A stretch of DNA of 64,000 bases from Bacteroidales bacterium (GTDB taxonomy: Bacteria; Bacteroidota; Bacteroidia; Bacteroidales; DASVHX01): positions 6,267 to 70,266 of the forward strand of contig JBBRRV010000002.1 of the NCBI GenBank assembly GCA_038246075.1, read 5' to 3'. Position 1 is the first letter of the stretch. Each line of letters begins with the position of its first letter. The translations under genes were made by a program, and so were the position numbers. The notes beneath the pieces were generated by a model. The model made no database searches. It was not told where the DNA came from and was given only the letters and a program-made list of their open reading frames with translations. This document shows, piece after piece, positions 54,134 through 63,272 of the stretch.

Positions 54134-55233
54134 AGTTCCTTTTCCAACACCGCAATAATTCTTTCCGCAGCATGCCCATCCCACAATTCAGGAATACGTC
54201 CTTTTTTCCAATGCCCGGCAAGTATTTCCCTGGCAAAGGCAACGATCTTCTGTGTGTCACAGCCGGCAAGTTCATTGGTGCCTTCCCACACAGTAACGGG
54301 GCGTTCGGTATTTTCACGCAGCGTAATACAAGGAATACCATAAACGGTGGTTTCTTCCTGTATTCCGCCACTGTCGGTAAGCACAAAACGAGAAGCCGAT
54401 ATCAGTTTTCCAAAATCGAAATAACCCAGGGGATCGCACAGGATAAGATTTTTAAGGCTGTCAACATAAGCGTTGAGGCCCAGTTCGTCAATCATCTTGC
54501 GTGTGCGGGGATGAATGGGGAATACAATTGGAATTTCCTGCTGAATGATATCCAGGGCTGCAAGTATCTTGCTGAAATTTTCAACATTGTCAACATTGCT
54601 TGGGCGGTGCAAGGTCAGAGAAGCATAACCGCCCTGTTTAAGGCCAAGTTTTTCCAGGATATCCGACTTGTCGATCAGCAATCGGGAAGTCAGCAGCGTA
54701 TCGATCATAATATTGCCCACGAGGTGGATTTTACCGGCGGCATGACCTTCGGCCAGCAGGTTTTCCACTGCGTCAGATGAAGGTGGCAGTAAGATGTCAG
54801 TGATGGCATCCGTCACCATGCGGTTGATCTCTTCGGGCATCGAGCGGTCGCGACTGCGGATGCCTGCTTCCACATGAATGATGCGGATATCTTTTTTAGC
54901 GGCAACAATGCTGCAGGCCATGGTGGAATTAACATCACCAACCACGAGTATGGCCTGGGGCATCTGCTCGTCACAGACTGTTTCAAATCGTTCCATGATC
55001 CTGGCAACCTGCCTGGCATGGGTATCCGACCCAACTTCGAGTGAGATGTCGGGATTGGGTATCTGAAGTTCGGTGAAAAAAGTTTGGGACATCTGAACAT
55101 CATAATGCTGGCCGGTATGAACCAATATGGGTTCAAGTTTTGGAGAAGCTTTCATGGCTCGCATAATGGGTGCAATCTTCATGAAGTTAGGCCTGGCTCC
55201 GGCAATTACGAGTATTTTAACTGGTTTTGTCAT
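54130..55233 (-). CDS. wecB: UDP-N-acetylglucosamine 2-epimerase (non-hydrolysing)
   Basis: 367-aa ORF. ILVIAGARPNFMKIAP, HVEAGIRS, TDSGGIQEE motifs. Confidence 0.9.
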   Translation of the reverse strand: MTKPVKILVIAGARPNFMKIAPIMRAMKASPKLEPILVHTGQHYDVQMSQTFFTELQIPNPDISLEVGSDTHARQVARIMERFETVCDEQMPQAILVVGDVNSTMACSIVAAKKDIRIIHVEAGIRSRDRSMPEEINRMVTDAITDILLPPSSDAVENLLAEGHAAGKIHLVGNIMIDTLLTSRLLIDKSDILEKLGLKQGGYASLTLHRPSNVDNVENFSKILAALDIIQQEIPIVFPIHPRTRKMIDELGLNAYVDSLKNLILCDPLGYFDFGKLISASRFVLTDSGGIQEETTVYGIPCITLRENTERPVTVWEGTNELAGCDTQKIVAFAREILAGHWKKGRIPELWDGHAAERIIAVLEKEL

Positions 55234-56543
55234 TTTGTAGCGTGAGAAATGGAAATCTGGTCGAGCAACCGGGCAATATCGCCCGTAAGCGCTTTACGTG
55301 AGTATTGATCTATTGAAGTTTCATTTTGAGGCTGTTCACTGTTTGTATATTGGCTAAATAATTCACTTAGAGCAGTATGCAGTCCTGGTTCATCACCAAA
55401 ATCCACCACGGGACCAGCGTTTGTTTCTTTAATAATACGTGCACTGTCGCCTGCCAGAGGGCCGATACAGAGGACCGGCCTGCGTGTGGCCAGGTATTCA
55501 AATACCTTTCCGGGAATGATGCCTAATGAATTTGACGTATTGTTGATCAGCAACAGCAAAACAGCCGAGCCAGCCGAGAGTTCAAGCGCTTTATCATGAG
55601 GCACATAGTCGATCTTTTCAGCACACTGCGAAAGTCCATGGCGTTCGAGGCTTTCAAACACACTGAAATCTGTTTTGCCGATAAACCTTATTTTGAGCAA
55701 ATGACGGAAGGCTTCATTGGTTTTGGCCATTTCGCCCAACACACGCCAAAGGAATTCAGGATTGCGGTCCTTATTGAGTGAACCGATATGAGTGAGCAGG
55801 AATGCCGGTGGCTTGCTGTGATTGGTGGCAGGGAAATCTGCAGGGTCGAAACCATTGGTGATCACATCCGTATGCTTAGACCCCAGCGCATCAAAATCTC
55901 TGGCCCAGCTCCAGCTTACGGTTACAATGCGGTCGGCAGCCCTGAGCACATTATTTTCGAGCCTGTGATGGCGCCGATTGGCCATGGGCGTCAACATCAG
56001 TTTATCATAGAAATCGATCTTCGTCCATGGATCTCTGAAATCGGCTAGCCAGGGCAAATTAAGCCGTTGTTTGATGCCAAGTGCGATAAGATGTGTGGTG
56101 TGCGGAGGACCAGTAGAGACGACGGCATCAACAGGATGCTCCTTCAAATAAGTTGTCAGAAATCCAATGGAAGGTTTGATCCAGAACTTGCGTGCATCGG
56201 GAATAAACAGGTTACCCCTCAGCCAGACAGCGACTTTATCGGCAAAGCCAGGCTTTTTGTTTTCGCTCAGGAAGCCGGCACTGATTTTGTCATCTTTTTT
56301 AAGGCCTACGAACTTGCGGTAAAAGGTGTAAGGCTCCCAGATGGTCTGGTGAATGACTTCCAGTCCTTCAGGAACATCTTTAAACAATGAGTGATCCAGG
56401 GCAGGTGCTTCGGGATTTGCTGCAGTGTAAACAACTGGTTCCCATCCCCAATTCCGGAGGTATTTAACAAATTTAAGCCAGCGTTGAACGCCTGCACCTC
56501 CGCTGGGTGGCCAATAGTATGTGATGATGAGCACCCGCTTCAT
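55230..56543 (-). CDS. GT-B glycosyltransferase (GT4-like), conserved partner of YfhO
   Basis: 437-aa ORF. MKRVLIITYYWPPSGGAGVQRWLKF. ATGA overlap with wecB. Confidence 0.75.
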   Translation of the reverse strand: MKRVLIITYYWPPSGGAGVQRWLKFVKYLRNWGWEPVVYTAANPEAPALDHSLFKDVPEGLEVIHQTIWEPYTFYRKFVGLKKDDKISAGFLSENKKPGFADKVAVWLRGNLFIPDARKFWIKPSIGFLTTYLKEHPVDAVVSTGPPHTTHLIALGIKQRLNLPWLADFRDPWTKIDFYDKLMLTPMANRRHHRLENNVLRAADRIVTVSWSWARDFDALGSKHTDVITNGFDPADFPATNHSKPPAFLLTHIGSLNKDRNPEFLWRVLGEMAKTNEAFRHLLKIRFIGKTDFSVFESLERHGLSQCAEKIDYVPHDKALELSAGSAVLLLLINNTSNSLGIIPGKVFEYLATRRPVLCIGPLAGDSARIIKETNAGPVVDFGDEPGLHTALSELFSQYTNSEQPQNETSIDQYSRKALTGDIARLLDQISISHATK

Positions 56544-56597
56544 ACGTCGTTCATTTTATGTTTATGCCTTTATCGAATAAGCCAATTTTTGAGATGA

Positions 56598-59021
56598 CTA
56601 TTCCTTTTTCATCCAGCCAAAAACACCTCCTCCGATCAGCAGGATGATCAGCAGTAATGAACTCGCAAGCGATATTTTTTCACCGGTGCGGAAAACAGCA
56701 GGTTCAAATTTGTATTCGATGGTATGTTTTCCTGCAGGGACAATCATTGCCCGTAATACATAATTGGCGCGGAAATAAGGTGCTGATTTTCCGTCGATGT
56801 AGGCATTCCAGCCGTTGTTATAATAAATCTCCGAGAATACTGCAAGTTGTTCTTTCCCTGAATTCGACACGTAGGTAAGGTGGTTTGGCTTGTATTCCTT
56901 CAGGGTGATAGATGCTGTGGAATCTTTGGCAATGCTGTGACCTTTCAGATCAGCTTCAAATCTTTTGTCAACAATAGCCGTTTCTGCCGGATTAAAAGCA
57001 GTGAGGGAATTGATCTCTTCATCAGCATTTTTAACCAGGTTCACGTCGTTTACAAACCATGCATTGCCCAAAGCCTGCATATTGAGCTGGACAGTTGGTT
57101 GTTTATCTGCTCCGGGGACAATAAAATATTTAGTATTGAGCATGTTATAAACATTCATGTTGTTTCTGCTCAAATGACGTTCAATAAGTTCCTGGTACCT
57201 TCTGAGCTTGGCGCCGTGATAGCCACCTATTGACTTATGGAAATAGGAATTGCTTGCATCATTGAACGGATTTACGGTGAGATTCATGACACGGTAGTCG
57301 GGGTCAAGGTCTTTCATGATGAGCTCATCAGCCTGTGTAGGCTGGAAAGGCACATCCACCAGGCTCTTGCGTACAAAATCATCATTGTTCACATAGCGCT
57401 TATTTACAGCCCAAAGATCGACAAGTATTAAAACAGCCAGAATGGCAAAGACAGGATATTTCTTAAGCTTATCCGTAAGATAAGCCCACAGGGTAGCTGC
57501 TGCAAGCAGGATAAAGAAGAATGAACGCCATGCATCGGAAGTGAGCATAGATGCCCTGTCGAGGCGGATAGCCGCCATCATCCAGGCGGGGAAGTAATCC
57601 TTATACTGAACGTCCTGGGAACTTGAGAAATTGAACATGCTTCCGGCGAAAAGTGCAAATATGATGGTGATGCCGGCAGTAATTCCTGCAGCATATGCAA
57701 GCTGACGTATCATTTTCTTCTTGTCAACCCCATCCGAAAATACTTTTCGCAGGGCGAGAATGGCCAGCAGTGGTATGGTGAATTCGGCGATAACCAGGGT
57801 CATCGAAACAGAACGGAACTTATTGTAACCGGGAACATATTTGAAGAAGAAATCGGTAAGTGGCATGAAATTATGTCCCCATGCGAGCATTAATGAAAGC
57901 ACAGTGGCGCCCAGAAGCCACCATCTGTATCGGTTTTCGACTACCAGTAGTCCGAGCATGAAGAGGAAGATAAGGATAGCTCCAACATACACAGGCCCCG
58001 AGACTATCGGTTGTTCGCCCCAGTAAAGCGGGAGGTTGTTGAGTACCTGTGTGACACTTGCTTCAGGAACATTATTTTGCATCAGGGCTTTATAGGTTGC
58101 GGATTTAACACCTAAACTTCCAGCCGAAGCACCGCCTCTGGCATTGGGAATGAGTAGCGTCATCGATTCGCCTATGCCATAACTCCATCCGGTTGCATAA
58201 TCCTTATCGAGACCACTCGTGCGGTTTTCTTTTTCACTGGTGAGTTCCGTTTTCCCCCTGATGGTTTCTTTCCCATATTGGTATGTAGCCCAGATATTTG
58301 TGATATTAGTGCCTATGGCCAGGAATCCGGCTGCTAATACGATTGCTGAAGCTATGAAAAATGACCTGAGACTTTTCTCCTTCACATGAAAGACGAATTC
58401 TGAAATTCCAAAGGCTAAGATGATCAGGCCAAGATAATAAGAAATCTGAAGATGATTTGCCAGGAGTTCAAGCGAAAGGAAAAGAGCGGTGAGCAGGCCT
58501 CCGAGCAGGTATTTGCCTCGGTAGGTGAGGATAATACCTGCCAGTACCGGCGCCATATATGCAATGGCATGGGCCTTGCTGTTGTGTCCGGCTTCGAAGA
58601 TGATAAAGAAATAGGATGAGAATGCAAATGCAATGGAACCTGCTATACATAGCCAGGGATCAATGCCCAGTACCAGCAGTAAAATGAAGAAACCAAGGAA
58701 GTAAAGAAATGTCAGGCCTGCAGGGTGGGGCAGTCCGAGTTTAAGTATGTTGTCAATATATTTTACAAGATTAGCTTTGTACACAACCGAAATCTGATAA
58801 GCCGGCATCCCACTGAACATGGAATTGGTCCAGAGAGGCTCTTCACCGGTTTTTGCACGAAAATCAACAATTTCCTTTGACATCCCTTTCCACTGTGAAA
58901 TATCATGTTGTTTAATCTTTTTTCCCTCCAGCAATGGTGTGAAATAAACCATTATGATAATGACGAAAATAACGATAGCAGCCAGGTAAGGCGCCAATGT
59001 GCGGAAATTGATTTTTTTCAT
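56598..59021 (-). CDS. YfhO-family polytopic membrane protein (GT-C-like)
   Basis: 807-aa ORF, more than 12 TM helices. N-terminus ..YFTPLLEGKKIKQHDISQWKGMSKE..PLWTNSMFSGMPAYQIS is typical of Bacteroidota YfhO proteins. Confidence 0.8.
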   Translation of the reverse strand: MKKINFRTLAPYLAAIVIFVIIIMVYFTPLLEGKKIKQHDISQWKGMSKEIVDFRAKTGEEPLWTNSMFSGMPAYQISVVYKANLVKYIDNILKLGLPHPAGLTFLYFLGFFILLLVLGIDPWLCIAGSIAFAFSSYFFIIFEAGHNSKAHAIAYMAPVLAGIILTYRGKYLLGGLLTALFLSLELLANHLQISYYLGLIILAFGISEFVFHVKEKSLRSFFIASAIVLAAGFLAIGTNITNIWATYQYGKETIRGKTELTSEKENRTSGLDKDYATGWSYGIGESMTLLIPNARGGASAGSLGVKSATYKALMQNNVPEASVTQVLNNLPLYWGEQPIVSGPVYVGAILIFLFMLGLLVVENRYRWWLLGATVLSLMLAWGHNFMPLTDFFFKYVPGYNKFRSVSMTLVIAEFTIPLLAILALRKVFSDGVDKKKMIRQLAYAAGITAGITIIFALFAGSMFNFSSSQDVQYKDYFPAWMMAAIRLDRASMLTSDAWRSFFFILLAAATLWAYLTDKLKKYPVFAILAVLILVDLWAVNKRYVNNDDFVRKSLVDVPFQPTQADELIMKDLDPDYRVMNLTVNPFNDASNSYFHKSIGGYHGAKLRRYQELIERHLSRNNMNVYNMLNTKYFIVPGADKQPTVQLNMQALGNAWFVNDVNLVKNADEEINSLTAFNPAETAIVDKRFEADLKGHSIAKDSTASITLKEYKPNHLTYVSNSGKEQLAVFSEIYYNNGWNAYIDGKSAPYFRANYVLRAMIVPAGKHTIEYKFEPAVFRTGEKISLASSLLLIILLIGGGVFGWMKKE

Positions 59022-59080
59022 CTAGAATTAATAATTTGCTGTTAATTTAAATTATCAGATGGAATTTACGTGTTGCGCTA

Positions 59081-59150
59081 AGTTGGTGATTTGTGTCTGG
59101 TAATTGGTGATTTTTAATGGGTGTCTGTTAACTGGTGACTTGGGACTGGA
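59081..59150. repeat. Irregular repeat (TTGGTGA ... GTGTCTG) x2-3 ending in ACTTGGGACTGG
   Basis: agttggtgatttgtgtctggta attggtgatttttaatgggtgtctgtta actggtgacttgggactgg. Confidence 0.7.
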
Positions 59151-59165
59151 TCAATTAACAATGAG

Positions 59166-59214
59166 CCTTTCTCCTTTAACCTTTCTCCTTTATCCTTTAA
59201 CCTTTAAGCTTTGG
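59166..59214. repeat. Heptamer tandem array, 7 units (CCTTTNN)
   Basis: cctttct cctttaa cctttct cctttat cctttaa cctttaa gctttgg. Overlaps the stop codon of the DUF4834-like gene. Confidence 0.9.
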
Positions 59215-59509
59215 TTGATTTGTTATCCTGATCTTTGATTTCCTCGTAATCAATGTATTCATCATCCTGCGCATTTTTACGTTTTTGCGGCGCATCCGGA
59301 ATGTTATTTATTTTTACTTCACCTTCCTTCATATCCGGGCTATTGAAAAGGTCAGGATTTTCGGCAGTGAAACGGTTGCTGACGTTTCGCATAAAATTGC
59401 GGAGCAGAATGGGGAAGACATAGCGCGTAAGCGTAGCAAAGACAACGTAGACCAGAAAGAAAATGATGATCAAGCGGAAAATCCCTACAAGCGATGCCTG
59501 GCAAATCAT
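59204..59509 (-). CDS. DUF4834-like small membrane protein
   Basis: 101-aa ORF. N-terminal TM followed by an acidic tail (DDEYIDYEEIKD). Family recalled from memory. Confidence 0.6.
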   Translation of the reverse strand: MICQASLVGIFRLIIIFFLVYVVFATLTRYVFPILLRNFMRNVSNRFTAENPDLFNSPDMKEGEVKINNIPDAPQKRKNAQDDEYIDYEEIKDQDNKSTKA

Positions 59510-59687
59510 GGGTGTGAAAAATTACTGATAAGAATGATATATGGCTATATGCCCGCGAAAATACCAATTTTTATTTAAATTGACCAACTTTAAACTAAGA
59601 AAGGAAGCAATTATGCATTGCCTCCTTTCAAAAATAGGTCAGATATTTTAATAGAAACAGGTAGCCTTTCGCTAATGCAAAAACACC

Positions 59688-59837
59688 TTATTTCCCTTCG
59701 TCCGAAACTGTTAATTTCTTCCTTCCTTTAGCTCTGCGTGCGGCAAGTACTCTGCGTCCATTAGCAGAAGACATGCGCTCCATAAAACCATGTTTGTTTT
59801 TTCTTTTCCTATTCGAGGGTTGAAATGTTCTTTTCAT
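59688..59837 (-). CDS. rpmH: 50S ribosomal protein L34
   Basis: Below the ORF-track size cutoff. Manual translation gives [49 protein letters not shown] (49 aa). A TACCTTTG box lies 21 nt upstream. Confidence 0.95.
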   Translation of the reverse strand: MKRTFQPSNRKRKNKHGFMERMSSANGRRVLAARRAKGRKKLTVSDEGK

Positions 59838-59857
59838 CGCTATTACTTTTGAGGTGG

Positions 59858-59865
59858 CAAAGGTA
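59858..59865 (-). promoter_or_regulatory. -7 box TACCTTTG
   Basis: caaaggta on the plus strand, 21 nt upstream of the rpmH ATG. Confidence 0.55.
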
Positions 59866-60004
59866 AATAAATTTTCCTTTTGTCCTAATTCCGCTTAAAC
59901 ATTTTTAATGCTTTGACAACTTCAGCGCAATTTATATGATTTTTCAAAGACTCCTGATCGCTTTATTTAATTAAATTCAGCTGCCCCAGTGACTGTTTCC
60001 AAAA

Positions 60005-61906
60005 CTATTCTTCCAGGGTAGAGATATCGCCGGTGTCTAACCCAAGTGACTGGGCCTTAATCACCCGGCGCATGATCTTGCCACTCCTCGTCTTGGGTAA
60101 TTTGTCGGTAAAAACAACAATTGCAGGTTTTGCAATGGGGCCGATTTCCTTTTCGACATGCGTTTTAAGTTCCTCGGCAAGTTTATCGTCCTGAGCAATA
60201 TTATCGCGCAATACTACAGTAACATGGATAATGTTACCACGCAGTTCATCCGGCAGTCCTATCGCTGCAGCTTCTGCAACGGCCGGATGGCTGCAGAGAG
60301 CACTTTCAATTTCGGCTGAACCGAGGCGGTAACCACTTACTTTGATCACATCATCGATGCGGCCGATGATCCAAAAATAACCGTCTTCATCAATTTTGGC
60401 TGAATCGCCGGCAAGGTACCAGCCTTGTTTCTCATATTTTTGCCAGTATTTTTCCACATAGCGATCAGGATCGTGCAGGATGGTTCTTGCCATTCCCGGC
60501 CAGGGATTTTTAATCACCAGGGTTCCTTCTTCACCAGGTTTTACCTTATTTCCCTTTTCGTCCACCACGTCGATTTCATTTCCGAAAAATGGTTTTGCAC
60601 ATGATCCGGGTTTGAGCGGCATAATGGGCAAAGGCGTTAGCATAAATCCACCTGTTTCTGTTTGCCACCAGGTATCCATGATGGGGCATTTACCCTTACC
60701 AATGACATCATGATACCACTTCCAGGCTTCAGGGTTGATAGGTTCACCCACAGAGCCAAGCAATCGGAGCGATTTCAGGTCGTGCCGGGTTGCCCAGGAA
60801 TCGCCAAACCTCATTAATCCGCGCAGGGCTGTGGGAGAGGTGTACAGGATGTTTATCCCATATTTCTCTATGATTTGCCACCACCGGTTCGGATAAGGAT
60901 GGTTTGGGGCTCCCTCATACAGCATCAGTGTAGCACCGTTGATAAGCGGTCCGTATACAATATAACTATGACCGGTGATCCAGCCCGGGTCGGCTGCACA
61001 CCACCAGCGGTCCGCAGGCTTTATGTCAAAAACAGATTTGAATGTTGAAGCGGTATACACGGCATATCCGCCATGTGTGTGTATCAGGCCCTTTGGTTTG
61101 CCGGTGGTGCCAGAAGTATACAGGATAAAGAGCGGATCTTCGGCATCCATGACTTCTGTTTTGCAGTCCTTGCAGTCGAGCGGCATCAACATTAAATCAT
61201 GATACCAGAAATCGCGGTCATTTTCCATATAGCAGGCCTCACCGGTCCGTTTAACGGTAATGCATACCTCAATGGTGGCAGAGCGTTTCATGGCTTCATT
61301 GGCAATTTCTTTCAGGTGGGTTGTCTTGCCACGGCGGTAGCCTCCATCGGCAGTAATGAGAATCCGGCTTTGTGAATCATGGATTCGTTCGGACAAAGCT
61401 TCATAGCTGAATCCGCCATATACGACACTGTGAACTGCACCGATACGGGCACAGGCAAGCATGGCGATGACCAGTTCGGGAATTTGTGGCATATAGATGG
61501 TTGTCACATCACCCTTTTTACATCCCATAGCTTTGAGGATATTTGCAAACCGGGATACTTCGCGGTTAAGCGCATGGTATGAGAATGTGCGCACATCCCC
61601 AGGCTCACCTTCCCATATTATCGCAAGTTTGTTGCGCGTTTCCGATTTCAGGTGACGGTCGATGGCATTGTGAACAATATTTATTTTACCACCGGTGAAC
61701 CATTTGTAAAATGGTTTATTGCTGTCGTCGAGTACCTTATCCCATTTTTTATACCAATCCAGTTTTTTAGCTTCGCCGGCCCAGAATCCTTCCCGGTCGT
61801 CGATGGATTTTTGATACATGGTTTCGTATTCTTTAACATTAGCCCGCTTCAGGATTTCTTTAGAGGGATAATACATGCCGTCTTGAGGATTGAAATATGC
61901 TTCCAT
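60005..61906 (-). CDS. acs: Acetyl-CoA synthetase (acetate--CoA ligase)
   Basis: 633-aa ORF. AMP-binding YTSGTTGKPKG and an Acs-type N-terminus. A TATATTTG box lies 24 nt upstream. Confidence 0.95.
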   Translation of the reverse strand: MEAYFNPQDGMYYPSKEILKRANVKEYETMYQKSIDDREGFWAGEAKKLDWYKKWDKVLDDSNKPFYKWFTGGKINIVHNAIDRHLKSETRNKLAIIWEGEPGDVRTFSYHALNREVSRFANILKAMGCKKGDVTTIYMPQIPELVIAMLACARIGAVHSVVYGGFSYEALSERIHDSQSRILITADGGYRRGKTTHLKEIANEAMKRSATIEVCITVKRTGEACYMENDRDFWYHDLMLMPLDCKDCKTEVMDAEDPLFILYTSGTTGKPKGLIHTHGGYAVYTASTFKSVFDIKPADRWWCAADPGWITGHSYIVYGPLINGATLMLYEGAPNHPYPNRWWQIIEKYGINILYTSPTALRGLMRFGDSWATRHDLKSLRLLGSVGEPINPEAWKWYHDVIGKGKCPIMDTWWQTETGGFMLTPLPIMPLKPGSCAKPFFGNEIDVVDEKGNKVKPGEEGTLVIKNPWPGMARTILHDPDRYVEKYWQKYEKQGWYLAGDSAKIDEDGYFWIIGRIDDVIKVSGYRLGSAEIESALCSHPAVAEAAAIGLPDELRGNIIHVTVVLRDNIAQDDKLAEELKTHVEKEIGPIAKPAIVVFTDKLPKTRSGKIMRRVIKAQSLGLDTGDISTLEE

Positions 61907-61929
61907 ATAGCTGGGGAGTTGATGTAATA

Positions 61930-61937
61930 CAAATATA
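61930..61937 (-). promoter_or_regulatory. -7 box TATATTTG
   Basis: caaatata on the plus strand, 24 nt upstream of the acs ATG. Confidence 0.55.
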
Positions 61938-62007
61938 GATTTAGTTTTGTGAATATGTTAAATTTAGCATCAGTTTAAAATTTATTAGCTGAGGCGTTGT
62001 TGCAAGG

Positions 62008-62766
62008 TTAATCAACCCTGGAATTATTTGCCACGATAACATTTGTTATCCAACCGATTACATCTTCGTTCGCATTACCTGTAGCAGTGATGATAACATC
62101 CTGGCAGCCTGCTGTTTTCTCCATCGCCAGCTTTGCCTCGAGCAAAGTGCTTCCGGCTTTTACATAGGCCACACCATTAAGGAGATAATTTACAAGTACC
62201 CGGTTTGTATTTTCATGGAGAAAATCATTGAGCGTCAGTTTGGTTGCATCAATCTGTGAATCACTGATGCATCTGACAACATAAGCATCCAGAATGCTCC
62301 GGTGCACGATTTGCCGGCAAATCGTGCCTTTGACAATCGGGTAACGATTAAATCCTTCAAATACAGGATTATTCAGCATATTGCTCAGAATTGACTTAGC
62401 GCCGTATTCATCAATACTGATTACCTTCATGTTTGCAAAAGGAATCATAACCGCTGAAGCTCTGATGGACTCCAGTTTTTGCATGGGACTCAGTTTATCA
62501 ACCATCTGGTTCACGCTTTTCTGCGCAGCTTCGAAATTCTCGCGGGCAAAATAAAATGCAAGAATTGTTCCCATCCAGGTTCCCCACAAGGGCAGCATTG
62601 TTGTGGCCAGGAATTTCAGTTTTTCCATGCTGGCCGCCGACCCGTCCATACTGAAAGCCATTATGGCAATGTACACGGTGCCACCTATGGCCAGGGCAGT
62701 AATGCTATAAGCGATTATATTTTTGGACCTGAAAGGTGCATTTTGCAAATCAGTTGTTACCGGCAT
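62008..62766 (-). CDS. Membrane protein with two TM helices and a CBS-pair-like cytoplasmic domain
   Basis: 252-aa ORF. Two hydrophobic helices, then segments resembling tandem CBS motifs. Function unknown. Confidence 0.55.
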   Translation of the reverse strand: MPVTTDLQNAPFRSKNIIAYSITALAIGGTVYIAIMAFSMDGSAASMEKLKFLATTMLPLWGTWMGTILAFYFARENFEAAQKSVNQMVDKLSPMQKLESIRASAVMIPFANMKVISIDEYGAKSILSNMLNNPVFEGFNRYPIVKGTICRQIVHRSILDAYVVRCISDSQIDATKLTLNDFLHENTNRVLVNYLLNGVAYVKAGSTLLEAKLAMEKTAGCQDVIITATGNANEDVIGWITNVIVANNSRVD

Positions 62767-63272
62767 CAGCGTTGTTTATTTCGTTAGCCTACTCTTTATA
62801 GCTTTTCGGCATCCGCTCTGGCTATTCTTTAATAACAAATATAACTAAAAAAATGTCAGAAAGCAATAGTCTTGAAACATATTATATTTGAGTGAAAAAT
62901 ATTTATTTTTTAATGAAGGTTAATTCATATAGGTGTAATTATTTAATGGGATCGGCTTTCAGGCATTTTATACGTCTTTTATGTTGGATTAAGCCATCTT
63001 TTAGCCTTTACCTTCTAATTTTCAGAAAATCACTTGTGATAAAAGGCGAAATCACTAATTTTACGCATTATCTGGCATCCTGATAGCAGCAGGTGGAAAT
63101 TCGTATAAATATTTTATTGCAGGTTTTATTTATGAACTGGCAAATCCCTTCTCGTATTCCCCTGGATGAAGCTGAAAAAGGAAAATCCTGATGAAACGGA
63201 ACCCGTCGTTGCCATTTTGCGCTAAATAATTTTAAAACAGGTTACACAACAAGTTATAATAGTTGAACGAGG

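Noticed and set aside
54172-54780. 202-aa plus-strand ORF
   Set aside because: Antisense to wecB; no motifs.
59844-59851. TACTTTTG box on the plus strand
   Set aside because: No plus-strand gene follows it (acs and rpmH are on the minus strand). I keep it as an example that the 8-mer alone yields false positives, or marks an antisense promoter I cannot support.
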